Source: Cetorhinus maximus (taxonomy: Eukaryota). From it: a stretch of DNA of 64,000 bases. The DNA lies in assembly GCF_964194155.1 (NCBI RefSeq), contig NW_027597550.1, forward strand, positions 1 through 64,000, written 5' to 3'. This document shows positions 49,307 through 61,605 of this stretch, piece after piece (within the stretch, counting starts at the first letter, position 1; every line of letters starts with the position of its first letter). The translations under genes were made by a program, and so were the position numbers. Under the pieces are notes generated by a model. The model saw only the letters and a list, made by a program, of their open reading frames with translations, did not search any database and was not told where the DNA came from.

Positions 49307-52294
49307 GTGGGGGGGTGCGGGGTGGATTCAACTTCATGGAAAATTATGAAAAAACTGAAAAGAAAGGAGAGCCCAGGAGAGGCTATTAAAGTCTCCAGAA
49401 CACAAAATAGGACAGTGTGTTTGGAAAGGGCTAGGAATTTAACTTCAAGCACATCAGATAAAGGGACGACAATGAGAAAGGGGACGGGAAATACAGGACT
49501 GAAGGTGTTGTATCTGAATACATGCAATATACGAAATAAGGTAAACGAGCTTGTGGCGCAGATTGAAATTGGCAGGTATGATGTGGTGGGCATCACGGAG
49601 ACATGGCTGCAAGGAGATCAAGACTGAGAGCTAAATATCCAAGGATATACATCCTATCGAAAGATAGGCAGGTTGGCAGAGGGGGTGGGGTTGCTTTGTT
49701 AGTAAGAAATGAAATTAAATCAATAGCAAGAAATGACGTAGGGTCAGATGATGTAGAATCTGTGTGGGTAGAGTTGAGGAACTGCAAAGGTAAAAAAACC
49801 ATAATGGGAGTTATGTACAGGCCTCCGAACAGTAGTCAGGATGTGGGGCACAAGATACACCAGGAGATAGAAAAGGTGTGTAAGAAAGGCAAGGTTACAG
49901 TGATCATGGGGGATTTCAATATGCAGGTAGACTGGGAAAATCAGGTTGGTAATGGATCCCAAGAAAAGGAATTTGTGGAATGTCTACGAGATGGCTTTTT
50001 GGAGCAACTTGTGGTGGAGCCTACTAGGGAACAGGCAATTCTAGATTTAGTGATGTGTAATGAGGCAGATTTGATAAGGGAGCTTAAGGTGAAGGAACCC
50101 TTAGGAGGAAGTGACCATAATATGATAGAATTCACCCTGCAATTTGAGCGGGAAAAGCTGGAATCAGATGTAACAGTATTACAGTTGAATAAAGGCAACT
50201 ACAGAGGCATGAGGGAGGAGCTGGCCAGAATTGACTGGGAGATGAGCCTAGCTGGAAAGACAGTGGAACAGCAATGGCAGGAGTTTCTGGGAGTAATTTG
50301 GGAGACACAGCAAAAATTCATCCCTAGGAAGAAGAAGCATACTAAAGGGAGGACGAGGCAACCGTGGCTGACAAGGGAAGTCAGGGACAGCATAAAAGCT
50401 AAAGAGAAAGCATACAATGCGGCGAAGAGCAGTGGGAAACCAGGGGATTGGGAAGCCTACAAAGACCAACAGAGGACAACTAAAAAAGAAATAAGGAGGG
50501 AGAAGATTAAATATGAGGATAAACTAGCCAGTAATATAAAAGAAGATTGCAAGAGGTTTTTTAGATATATAAAGGGTAAGAGAGAGGCAAAAGTGGACAT
50601 TGGGCCGCTGGAAAATGACGCTGGAGAAGTAGTAGTGGGGAACAAAGAAATGGCGGAGGAACTGAATAGGTACTTTGCATCAGTCTTCACGATGGAAGAC
50701 ATGAGTAATATCCCCAAAGTTCAAGAGAGTCAGGGGGCAGAGGTGAGTATGGTGGCCATTACCAAGGAGAAGGTGCTAGGAAAACTGAAAGGTCTGAAGG
50801 TGGATAAATCACCTGGATCAGATGGATTACACCTCAGAGTTCTGAAGGAGATAGCTGAAGAGATAGTGGAGGCGTTAGTGGTGATCTTTCAGGAATCACT
50901 CGAGTCAGGGAGGGTCCCAGAGGACTGGAAAATCGCTAATGTAACCCTCCTGTTTAAGAAGGCAGTGAGGCAAAAGACGGGAAATTACAGGCCGATTAGC
51001 CTGACCTTGGTCGTTGGTAAGATTTTAGAGTCCATTATTAAGGATGAGATTTCAATACTTGGAAGTGCATGGTAAAATAGGGCAAAGTCAGCATGGTTTC
51101 ATCAAGGGTAGGTCATGCCTGACTAATCTGTTAGAATTCTTTGAGGAGGTAACGAGTAGGTTAGACAAAGGAGAGCCAATGTATGTTATATACTTGGACT
51201 TCCAGAAGGCCTTTGACAAGGTGCCGCACAGGGGGCTGCTCAGTAAGATAAGTGCCCATGGTGTTAGAGGCAAGGTACTAGCATGGATAGATGATTGGCT
51301 GTCTGGTAGGAGGCAGAGAGTGGGGATAAGGGGGTCCTTCTCAGGATGGCAGCCAGTGACTAGTGGAGTTCCGCAGGGGTCAGTGTTGGGACCACAACTT
51401 TTCACTTTATACATTAATGATCTAGATGAAGGAACTGAGGACATCCTGGCTAAGTTTGCAGATGGTACAAAGATAGGTGGAGGGACAGGTAGTATTGAGG
51501 AGGCAGGGAGGCTGCAGAAGGATTTGGGCAGGTTAGGAGAATGGGCAAAGAAGTGGCAGATAGAATACAACGTGGGCAAGTGTAAGGTCTTGCACTTTGG
51601 TAGGAAGAATAGAGGCATGGACTATTTTCTAAATGGGGAGAGAATTCAGAAATATGGAGTGCAAAGGGACTTGGGAGTCCTAGTCCAGGATTCTCTTAAG
51701 GTTAACTTACAGGTTGAGTCGGTAGTTAGGAAGGCAAATGCAATGTTGGCATTTATTTCAAGAGGACTAGAATATAAAAGCAGGGATGTGCTGCTGGGGC
51801 TTTCTAAGGCTCTGGTCAGACCACATTTAGAATATTGTGAGCGATTTTGGGCCCCATATCTCAGGAAGGATGTTCTGGCCCTGGAGACAGTCCAGAGGAG
51901 GTTCACGAGAACGATCCCAGGAATGAAAGGCTTAACATATGAGGAACATTTGAGGACTCTGGGTCTATCCTCGATAGAGTTTAGAAGGATGAGGGGGGAT
52001 TTGATTGAATCTTACAGAATACTGAAAGGCCTGGATAGAGTAGATGTGGGGAAGATGTTTCCATTAGTAGGAGAGACTAGGACCTGAGGGCATAGCCTCA
52101 GAGTAAAGGGAAGACCTTTTAGAACAGAGATGAGAAGAAACTTCTTTAGCCAGAGAGTGGTGAATCTATGGAATTCATTGCCACAGAAGGCTGTGGAGGC
52201 CAGGTCATTGAGTGTATTTAAGACCGAGATAGATAGGTTCTTGATTGGTAAGGGGATCAAAGGTTACGGGGAGAAGGTGGGAGAATGGGGTTGA
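49307..52294 (+). pseudogene. CR1 ORF2 (APE endonuclease and RT), disrupted
   Basis: ITETWL, MGDFN, GSDH, YLDFQKAFDKV and SGVPQGSVLGP motifs. Stops at 49625 and 52085, frameshifts near 49650 and 51050, catalytic FADD reads FADG. Confidence 0.92.
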
Positions 52295-53229
52295 GAAACT
52301 TATCAGCCATGATTGAATGGCGGAGCAGACTCGATGGGCCGAATGGCCTAATTTCTGCTCCTATGTCTTATGGTCTTATGCTCTCTTATTGAATTTTTAA
52401 TCTTTGTTTAGCATTTTATTGGGTTTCTGAGAATATTGTCCCATTTTGTGACAACCTTTACTGGCTTTCACATATTTCTAAAGCTTTGTATGATTAAGGA
52501 TTCATTCATACAGATATTGAGGTTATTGTAATTGTTTCCTAATGCACACATTTTACCAGGTACATTTAGTTAGTTTATTAATGCCATGGTAACAGCACTT
52601 AAACTGCGACATGATTTGGCAAAGTCAACACGGTTTCATGGAAAATAAGTCGTTGTTGACAAATGTGTTCATTTTTTGCCGTGAGTTACCAGTAGAGTAA
52701 CACGAGAGGTTTGACACTGCACAAGAAGGCTATTTTTATTCATGAGAAGGCATGTCCTTGGTGAACTTAATTCATTGCCGATTTATTGGATTAAAATATT
52801 ACCGGGGTGACCCGATTCCTCCCCCCGCCATCCCACCCCCAAATTTGTTGAGTTTCAGCTGCTTTAATTGGTTTGTCAAAAGTCTGCATTCATAGTGAAT
52901 TGTATACCTACTCTTAACTCAGTCTTCTAAAGCACTTCTGCCTGAAGCCCATGGATATATTTGTTGCCTTGTTGATTCCATCCCTTTCTTGCCCTAAGGT
53001 TGCTTTTCTTTTATCCATTTGCCAAGATTCTGACTTCATTTAGTTGTTGATTGTATCCGGATTTCATGTTGCTTCTTTGTTTCTATATATCGGCTAATTA
53101 ATTACTGCTGACGGGAATCTAATGTGTTTTTACAACTTGAACATGTAGTTATTTGCACTTTTTTTTCAAGCCTAGTACTTCATGCAGCCCTCACAGCAAT
53201 GGAAGCACTTGTCTGAATGTTAAAAGTAT

Positions 53230-53610
53230 GATTTGGACTTCAGCACAAAACAATTTATGCTGACATTCCAGTGCAGTGCTTGGGGGGAGGGCTGCATCGT
53301 TGGGGGTGTGCTGCCTTTCGGATGAGGCGTTAAACTGAGGCCCCACCTGCCCCCTCGGGTGGATGTAAAAGACTATTTCAACGAGCAGGGGAGTTATCCC
53401 TGGTGCCCTGGAAAATGTTTCTCCCTTAATAAACATCATTAAAACAAATAATTTGGTCATTATCACACTGCTGTTTGCTGTGCGCAAATTGGCAGCTGCA
53501 TTTCCTAAGTTGCAACAGTGACTACACTTCTAAAAGTACCCCATCAGCTGTAAAGCGTTTTGGGATGTCTGGTGGTCATTAAGGGGACCATAGAAATGCA
53601 AGTCATCTTT
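53230..53610 (+). mobile_element. SINE family B copy
   Basis: Same core and tail as 46405-46790; includes GGGGAGTTATCCCTGGTGCCCTGG. Confidence 0.75.
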
Positions 53611-53639
53611 TTAGAAGACATGAGTTACTGGATGCCCCT

Positions 53640-54140
53640 GTTACCTCTAGTGTTAATTCTGCCAAAGTGATCCTTCCCAAACTCCTATCTTCCACAAACT
53701 GCTAATTGTGTCTTAAGTCACAACAAGGCACTCACTCATCTCCCCTACATTCACTGATTCTTTTGGCTCCTGGATAGACAGTGCCTCCATTTTAAAATTC
53801 TCATCCTCGTTTCCAAATCAGTCCATGCCATTGCCCCCCCACCTCCCTATCTGTAATCGCTTTTGGCCCTACCACCCTGTGGATCTCTCTGCTCTGCCAA
53901 GTCTGGGCTCTTGAGCATTCCTGATGTACCTGAGCCCTAAACTCTAATTCCCTCTGTACATCTCTCCACCCCTCCCATCCGCCCTACCCGTCTTTCCCTC
54001 CCTCTTGCCCGTCGGACCCACCCTTAAAAACCGCCATCTGGTCTAATCTCTTGTGTGACCCAGTGTCAAATTTTGTTCTGTAACAACTCCTCTAAAGCAA
54101 CTTGGATGTTATTGTGTTAGGTGTGCTATATAAATGCAAG
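53640..54140 (+). mobile_element. L2 LINE 3' fragment
   Basis: TTTTAAAATTCTCATCCT motif and GCTATATAAATGCAAG tail. Confidence 0.65.
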
Positions 54141-55123
54141 AGGTTGTTGATCCAGTTGTCAGTTCAATTCTGAACCTAGAGATCCTACTGGATATCAATT
54201 TTCATCCTGGAACCATTCTCGTGAATCTTTTCTGTACCCTGCCCTAATACCTTCCCATTTTTCCTAAAATGGAAATGACCGAGTTCTCCAGCTCAGGCAG
54301 AGCTGGTGTTTTATGCTTGAGGTTTATTGAAAGGAGAGGTATTCAAAATCATGGGTAGGTAAGAAGGAACTGTTCCCATTGTTGGAAGGATCAAGGACCA
54401 GAGGGCAGAGGTTTGAGGTAATTGGGAAAAGAAGCAATGGGGACACGAGAAAAAACTTTCTCACTCAGCAATTAGTTAGGATCTGGATTGCACTGCCTGG
54501 GCGTGTGGTGGAGGCAGGCTTAATTGAGGCATTCAAGAGGGAATTGGATTATCTGAAAGGGACAAATGTGTGGGGCTACGGGTAAAAGGCAGGAGAGTGA
54601 CCCTTGGTAAATTGCTCCTTCAGAGAGCCAGCACAGACATGATGGACTGAATGGCTGGCTTCTATTACCATTCTATCCTGGGCACAGAAATACAATAAGA
54701 AGGGTGTTTTGATATTATTCATTTCCAATTCCATTTCATCCCCAAATGGGGATTCATCTTATAGCACACAAGAAGCATCCAAACGGTGTGTAACCGCTCT
54801 GAGCTGCTTGCTATTTTCTCCCGTTGGAACCAGCTACCTACCTATTGTACAGCTGAGACCAGGAACATGCTCTGTGGAGCATCAATTGGGGTATGATGGG
54901 TAGATAGAGCATAGGAAGCTGTGCCATATGCCGTATTGTTGTAGAGACTGCCAAAAAAAAAACATTTTAACTTCCCTTTGATAAATTCTTAAACCCCTCA
55001 AAGTGAGAGAAACCTGGGATTTGGCACTCTAAATTTTCTAATTAAGTGCCAGCATCATGAATCTTGGGTACAGACTTACTGTAGCTGAGTTTCTCCTGTA
55101 GGCTGTGTCTTATGGAGTATTTT

Positions 55124-55405
55124 ATTCATTCATGGGCTGTGGGCTTCGCAGGCTAGGCCTGCATTTATTGCCCAATCCTAATTTAAGGGTCAACCACATA
55201 GGCCAGACCAAGTAACAGTAGACTTTCTTCCCTAAAAGGTGTTAGTGAACCAGATGGGTGTTTATGATCTGCAATCAGACTTTTAATTCCAGATATTTAT
55301 TAAATTAAAATTTCACCATCTGCCATGGTGGGATTCGAACCCAGAGCATTACCCTGGGTCTCCAGAATACAGTCTAACGACAGTACCACTATGCCACCAC
55401 CTCCC
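55124..55405 (-). mobile_element. SINE family A
   Basis: ATTCATTCATGGGCTGTGGG...GGGATTCGAACCCAG...ACCACTATGCCACC. Confidence 0.8.
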
Positions 55406-55618
55406 CATAGCTGAACTCTACCCATTTTTTGTTCAAGCAGGGGTTGGAATGGGCAATGTTTATTCCCACCCTAAATAAGCAGGAGTTTCATTGAAATATG
55501 GAAATAGTGTGACAATGTTATAAAGGTATACACGTAATGTTCGTTTGTGCAGGATGCACTGTATAAACAGAACAGCTCATTCAAAGGTCACAATAATACA
55601 AAGAGAAGTATTTTTAGA

Positions 55619-56235
55619 AGCTCAACGCAAACTGGAGGAACAGCACCTCATCTTCCAACTAGGCACTTTACAGCCTTCCGGACTGAATATTGAGTTCAAC
55701 AATTTTAGATCATAAACTCTCTCCTCCATCCCCACCCCCTTTCCGATCCCCCACTCCCCCTTTTTTTCCAATAATTTATATAGATTTTTCTTTTCCCACC
55801 CATTTCCATTATTTTTAAATGTATTTCCATCCATTGTTTTATCTCTACCTTTTAGCCTTTTTCGATTCCTTCCCCCCATTCCACCCCCACTAGGCCTATC
55901 TGTACCTTGCTTGTCCTGCTTTCTACCCTTAATTAGCACATTCTTTAGATAATATCACCACCTTCAACTCCTCTTTGTCCTTTTGTCTGTGACATCTTTT
56001 GATTATCTCCACCTATCACTGGCCCTCTATCCAGCTCTACTTGTCCCACCCTCCCCTTAAACCAGCTTATATTTCACCTCTCTTCTCTTTTTACTTAGTT
56101 CTGTTGAAGGGTCATTTGGACTCGAAACGTTAACTGTGTCCCTCTCCACAGATGCTGCCAGACCTGCTGAGTTTTTCCAGGTATTTTTGTTTTTGTTTTG
56201 GATTTCCAGCATCCGCAGTTTTTTGCTTTTATCTT
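55619..56235 (+). mobile_element. Penelope-like element 3' fragment
   Basis: 12-bp TSD AGTATTTTTAGA at 55607-55618 and 56236-56247; encodes AQRKLEEQHLIFQLGTLQPSGLNIEFNNFRS*. Confidence 0.85.
56097..56135 (+). ncRNA. Minimal hammerhead ribozyme-like motif
   Basis: AGTT-CTGTTGA-A-GGGTC-ATTTG-GACTC-GAAA-CG-TT-AACT. Confidence 0.6.
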
Positions 56236-56586
56236 AGTATTTTTAGACTATTTGGAATTGTTTTTCATAGACACTTGGGGTGTCATGAACCAATTGTTCT
56301 TAAGTGCCTGCTGTACTGTAACTGGCACTAATGTTTTTCCCAATGGGAAAATATGTTTTTTTTTGTAAAAATATACTTTATTCATAAAATATCTTCAATC
56401 ACATTCAAAACCATTTCAAAAACAACATTACAAGGGTACAATCCAGGTTAAACTTTTACAAAATGTATCACCAGGTGCATCAGTACAAACAATATTACAA
56501 TCATTTACAGCCTTTCATTTTGATCTGTACAGCCCGAGGGGCTCTAAACAGTTCCCAGTCTCTCGGTGCGCTGTGGTAGAAAGGTC

Positions 56587-59500
56587 TTAGACAGCGACCC
56601 TTCCCCATTGCGCCTTTGCGGCAGCTGCCCCAAGCTTTAGTGCGTCCCTCAGCACGTAGTCCTGGACTTTGGATTGTGCCAGTCCGCAACAATCGGTCGG
56701 GGACAACTCTTTGCGCTGGAAGACCAACAAGTTTCGGGCAGACCAAAGCGCGTCTTTCACCGAGTTGATGATCCTCCAGCTGCAGTTGATGTTTGTCTCG
56801 GTGTGTGTCCCTGGGAACAGCCCGTAGAGCACAGAGTCCTGTGTCACAGAACTGCTCGGGATGAACCTCGACAGCAACCACTGCATCTCTCTCCAGACTT
56901 TCTTTGCAAAGGCACAATCCACAAGGAGGTGAACAACGGTCTCTTCCCCACCACAGCCACCTCGAGGGCAACGTGCAGAGGGGGTGAGCCTCCTGGCGTG
57001 TAGGAAGGATCTGACGGGGAGGGCCTTTCTCACCACCAGCCAAGCTACGTCTTGGTGCTTGTTGGAAAGTTCTGGCGATGAGGCATTCTGCCAAATGACT
57101 TTGACAGTCTGCTCGGGGAACCATCCCACAGGGTCCACCCTCTCCTTTTCCCTCAGGGCCTCTAGGACGTTACGTGCTGACCACTGCCTGATGGACTTGT
57201 GGTCAAAGGTGTTTTTCTGCATAAATTTTTCCACCAGGGACAGGTGGTACGGCACGGTCCAACTACTTGGAGCGTTCCGCGGCAGCGTGGCCAGACCCAT
57301 CCTTCGCAACACCGGGGACAGGTAGAACCTCAGCACGTAGTGACACTTGGTGTTTGCGTACTGAGGGTCTACGCACCGCTTGATGCAGCCACACACAAAG
57401 GTGGCCATCAGTATGAGGGCGATGTTGGGCACGTTTTTTCCCCCTTTATCTAGAGGCTTGTACATCGCGTCCCTGCGGACACGATCCATTTTCGACCTCC
57501 AGATAAAGCGGAAGATGGCTCGAGTGATCGCCATCGCGCAGGAGTCTGGAATGGGCCAGACCTGCGCCACGTACAGCAACAGCGAGAGTACCTCACACCT
57601 GATGACCAGGTTCTTTCCCGCAATGGAGAGGAAGCGTCGCTCCCACATGCCCAGTTTCCTTTTCACCATAGCCACTCGCTCCTTCCAGTTTCTAACGCAT
57701 GCCCCGGTCCCTCCGAACCATATCCCCAGCACCTTCAGGCCGTCAGCCCTGACAGTGAAGGGGACAAAGGATCGGTCAGCCCAGTTCCCAAAGAACATGG
57801 CCTCGCTCTTCCCACGATTTACCTTGGCTCCCGAGGCCAGTTCGAACTGGTCGCAGATGTGCATCAGTCTGCGCACCGACAGCGGATCCGAGCAGAAGAC
57901 GGCGACGTCGTCCATGTACAGGGAGGCTTTTACCTGAGTGCCTCCACTGCCTGGGATCGTCACTCCTCTTATGCCCGGATCCTTCCTGATGGACTCGGCA
58001 AAGGGTTCTATGCAACACACGAAAAGGACAGGCGAGAGAGGACAGCCCTGCCTGACTCCAGATTTAATCGGAAAGCTATCTGTTTCCCACCCATTGATTG
58101 AGACTGCGCTACTGATGTTAGTGTAGAGCAGTTGGATCCAATTTCGAATTCCCTCCCCAAACCCCATTTTGGAGAGCACATCCCCCATGTAGGTGTGCGA
58201 TATTCTGTCAAAGGCCTTCTGATCCAAGCTGATGAGGCAGGTATCCACACCCCTGTCCTGTACATAGGCAATCGTATCCCTGAGCAGCGCCAGGCTGTCA
58301 GAGATCTTCCTGCCTGGCACAGAGCAGGTCTGGTCAGGGTGAATCACCAATTCCAGAGCGGATTTGACCCGGTTGGCGATGACCTTGGACAGAATCTTAT
58401 ACTCCACATTCAACAGTGAAATGGGTCACCAATTTCTAATTTCCTCCCTTTCCCCCTTGTGCTTGTAGATGAGGGTGATGATGCCTTTCCTCATGGATTC
58501 TGACATACTACCGGCCAGGAGCATACTCTCGTACACTCCTAGCAGGTCTGGGCCGATCAAGTCCCACAGAGCCGAATACAACTCCGCCGGCAAGCCGTCG
58601 CTTCCGGGAGTTTTACTCTTCTCGAAGGACTCGAGGGCCTTAGTCAGTTCATCAGGAGTTAGCGGTTTGTCCAGGCTCTCCCGCGTACTGTGGTCTAAGA
58701 CCTCCGTGATAGAGGACAGGAAGGACTGGGAGGCCGTGCTGTCCGTGGGCTTCACGTCATACAATCCGGCATAAAAGGATTTGCTGATCCTCAGAATGTC
58801 GGACCGTGATGACTTTACTGAGCCGTCTTCTTCCTTCAGGCTGCTGATCACAGAGCGCTCTCTGTGTACCTTTTGGAAGAAGAAACGTGAGCACGTCTCA
58901 TCCTGCTCCACGGAGCGGACTCTGGAACGGAAGATGATCTTGGAGGCCTCCGAGGCAAAGTGCGAGGCTTGCTGGCCCTTCACCTCTTGGAGCTCCTCCT
59001 TGACATCGACCCCCATCGACCGCAGCCGGAGCAGATTCTGCATCTTTTTCTGGAGTCGGGACATTTCCCTCTGTTCCTTTCTAGCTTTCTGGGTGCCTTT
59101 GAGGATGAAAAACCTCTTGATGCTTCCCTTGATCGCTTCCCACCAGTGTGTCAGGGACTCAAAGAGGGGTTTCACGGTTCTCCAACCTTTGTAATCCCTC
59201 TTGAGCTCCTCAATGTTCTCTGGGGTCAGCAGTTGCACATTTAGCTTCCATGCCTCCCTGCCCACCCTCAGGTCCTTCTCCAAGTGGCAGTCCGCCAGTA
59301 GGAGGCAGTGGTCAGAGAAGAACACCGGCTTGACCTCGGTGGATCTGACTGTGAATGCACGGGACACAAACAGGAAGTCTATCCTGGAACGAATGGACCC
59401 ATCTGGCCGCGACCAGGTGTATCTACGCTGCGCTCCGTCTGCAGGGTTGCTGAAGACGTCGTGCAGCTTGGCATCCTTAACTGTTTCCATCAGGGATCTG

Positions 59501-59991
59501 GACGTAGCGTCCAATCTGCTGCCGGCCCTGCCGGATCGTCCAGCCGCATCGATGACGCAGTTGAAGTCACCGCCCAGAATGACCGGCCTGGAGGTCGCCA
59601 GCAGCAGTGGGAGCTGCTGAAAAACCTCCAGCCGCTCAGCCCCTTGTGCCGGGCCATACACGTTAATTAACCGGAGTGGAGCGTTCTTGTACATTACGTC
59701 TGCTACGAGGAGTCGCCCGCCCACCACCTCCTTAACCTCGGAGACGGTGAAGTTGCCTCCCCGCAGCAGAATACCCAGGCCGGAGGAACGAGAGTCGTTT
59801 CCGCCCGACCAGATCGATGGCCCGTGGGACCACCATCGTGACCATTGCCTGTAGGAGCTGAGGTGCGGTATCGCACACTCCTGCAGAAACAACAGGTCAG
59901 CTTTGACCTTGGCTAGGTAGTCCAAGGTCGCAACACATCGCGTAGTAGATTTAATGCTACGCACATTTATGGATACAATCTTTAAACCCAT
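56587..59991 (-). pseudogene. Tx1 ORF2 (APE, RT, CCHC), one premature stop
   Basis: SINVRS, LQEC, GGDFN, SRIDF, FSDH, GVRQGCPLSP, YMDD and CPRGGCGGEETVVHLLVDC motifs. TGA at 58426-58428 within NW*PISLLN (expected R); both track ORFs are in frame. Confidence 0.93.
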
Positions 59992-60001
59992 TTTAAAGCA
60001 T

Positions 60002-61561
60002 TTATTCTCCTACCAAACCCACTGTCTCTGAGAGTCCCAGACCTTTAGTCTGCTCCTTCATACCCGTAGTGAGCTCAAATTCCTTCACTTTGGATGGGCT
60101 GAGGTAGATCTCCTTGGCCGTGTTCTGCTCCGGTGGCATCTGGAGGTTCACGTAGAGAGTGGGTTTTGAGATGACCTTTGCTGGAGAAGCTTCTCCAAAA
60201 CTCACCCCCTCTGGGGTGTTGCTGTTCCCGGCTTCCTGGAGCTGGGGTGTGGTGATTGTCTCACTGCTCCCAGATTCCAGGGGCTGTGGTGCACTGGCCT
60301 CCTCAGGTTGCAGGCAAAGTTGGGGTGCGCTGGTCTCCTTGTTGTCTCCAATTTTCTGGAGCTCGGGTGTCTCGTCCTCCAACGCCCTGGAGCTTTGCCG
60401 CCTCTTCTGTCGGTGCCGCTCTGGCACTTCATCATCCGAAGAGCTGCTGCCCTTGTCATCCGTGTCGGATGGGAGACGCCTCTTGCCGCTTCTCTGGGAA
60501 ACGCCTTTGCTTCTTCTTCGCTCCCTCTTACTTTTCTTGTTCTTCACCGTCCGCCACTCCCCCTGCTGCTTTTCCACTGCTGCCTCCTCCTCCATTGATT
60601 CGCTGTCCTGAGGACTGGGAGGTACTGGGGGTAGTGCTGCTGATTGGCTCTCTGTTGCCTCGATCTCTTTCTCCACCTTGTCTCTCTCTGTGTCCTCCTT
60701 TGTCCCGTTGAGCTCCCTGGGGGCCTTGGTGGTTGGAGTGACACGAAACATTTCTTCTGCTTCCCCCTGGTCGGCTTTGGCTGCCTGTGCGTAAGTAAGG
60801 CAGCGTTTGGTGCAGGTCCTGTAGAGGTGACCTGCCTCGCCACACAGGTTGCAGCACTTGGCCTGTTTGCAGTCTTTTGTCTGGTGCCCTTCCTGTTTGC
60901 AGATCTTGCAGAGGGAGGCGCAGCAGTTGGCCGCCACATGACCAGCCTTGCCGCATGAGCGACAATGCTTGGGTTGCCCAGCGTAGACCAGGTAGCCACG
61001 GTTTCCCCCGATAGCGAAACTGGAAGGAGGGTGGAAAATGGCTCCCTTACCGTCGGTCTTTAGCGTGACCTTAAACAGGCGTTTGCCTGTCCAGATCCCC
61101 AAGTCATCTCGAATCTCGGTGCCGCTCCCCACCTTATCGAAGTACCTGGTGAGGAAGGTGACCACGTCGGCGACAGGGACGAAGGGGTTGTACACATGCA
61201 CCATCACCACACGTTCCCGTTGCAACGGCAGAGAAAAGTGCGGCTCCGCCGTCAGGATCTTCATCTCCGGCAGGTCTCTCTTCTCCTCGAACACCCTCAG
61301 GAGCCGGACGCAGTCTGCCACCCGCTTGAACGTCACGTCAAAATAACCACCTTTGCAGGAGTCATGCAGGGTGAAGATCTCCGGAGCTTGGAAGCCGCAC
61401 GCCTTCAACAGGATCCTCCTGGTGAAGAAGCCCCGATCCATAGGTGATCCTCCTTCGCTGTGGTTCACCGTGACTCGGACGGTGATAGGTAACCCACGGT
61501 ATGGATTTGGATTGCGATTGGTTATAGCCCTTCCATCCCGACCTTGCCTTGGCAGGACCAT
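60002..61561 (-). CDS. Tx1 ORF1p, ZCCHC3-like, three CCHC knuckles, 519 aa, intact
   Basis: ATG in ACACCATGG 15 nt after the U2 head; DLGIWTG, HPPSSFAIGGNRGYLVYAGQPK, three CxxCxxxGHxxxxC knuckles, charged disordered tail. Confidence 0.88.
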   Translation of the reverse strand: MVLPRQGRDGRAITNRNPNPYRGLPITVRVTVNHSEGGSPMDRGFFTRRILLKACGFQAPEIFTLHDSCKGGYFDVTFKRVADCVRLLRVFEEKRDLPEMKILTAEPHFSLPLQRERVVMVHVYNPFVPVADVVTFLTRYFDKVGSGTEIRDDLGIWTGKRLFKVTLKTDGKGAIFHPPSSFAIGGNRGYLVYAGQPKHCRSCGKAGHVAANCCASLCKICKQEGHQTKDCKQAKCCNLCGEAGHLYRTCTKRCLTYAQAAKADQGEAEEMFRVTPTTKAPRELNGTKEDTERDKVEKEIEATESQSAALPPVPPSPQDSESMEEEAAVEKQQGEWRTVKNKKSKRERRRSKGVSQRSGKRRLPSDTDDKGSSSSDDEVPERHRQKRRQSSRALEDETPELQKIGDNKETSAPQLCLQPEEASAPQPLESGSSETITTPQLQEAGNSNTPEGVSFGEASPAKVISKPTLYVNLQMPPEQNTAKEIYLSPSKVKEFELTTGMKEQTKGLGLSETVGLVGE

Positions 61562-61576
61562 GGTGTCGCCCCTGCA

Positions 61577-61605
61577 ACACTTGATCTTAGCCAAAAGGCC
61601 GAGAA
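61577..61605 (-). ncRNA. RNU2: U2 snRNA 5' fragment (nt 6-34); not a complete gene
   Basis: - strand TTCTCGGCCTTTTGGCTAAGATCAAGTGT, 29/29 identical to the recalled vertebrate U2 5' end. Confidence 0.93.

Larger units (their letters stand above)
47900..52380 (+). mobile_element. Near full-length CR1 LINE (young, inactivated)
   Basis: 5' UTR, ORF1, ORF2 (APE and RT) and 3' microsatellite tail CCTATGTCTTATGGTCTTATG. The 5' boundary may extend to ~47818. Confidence 0.95.
56356..61605 (-). mobile_element. Full-length Tx1-clade (Keno-like) non-LTR retrotransposon with U2 snRNA 5' head
   Basis: U2 fragment, ORF1, 10-nt spacer, ORF2, 3' UTR with AATAAA (56377-56382) and A9 tail (56356-56364). Confidence 0.93.

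Noticed and set aside
58426-58428. Programmed readthrough or a third ORF in the Tx1 element
   Set aside because: The TGA replaces the conserved Arg of WRPISLLN, consistent with ordinary CpG decay (CGA to TGA).
61577-61605. Functional U2 snRNA gene
   Set aside because: Only 29 nt; no Sm site, 3' stem-loops or recognisable snRNA promoter.
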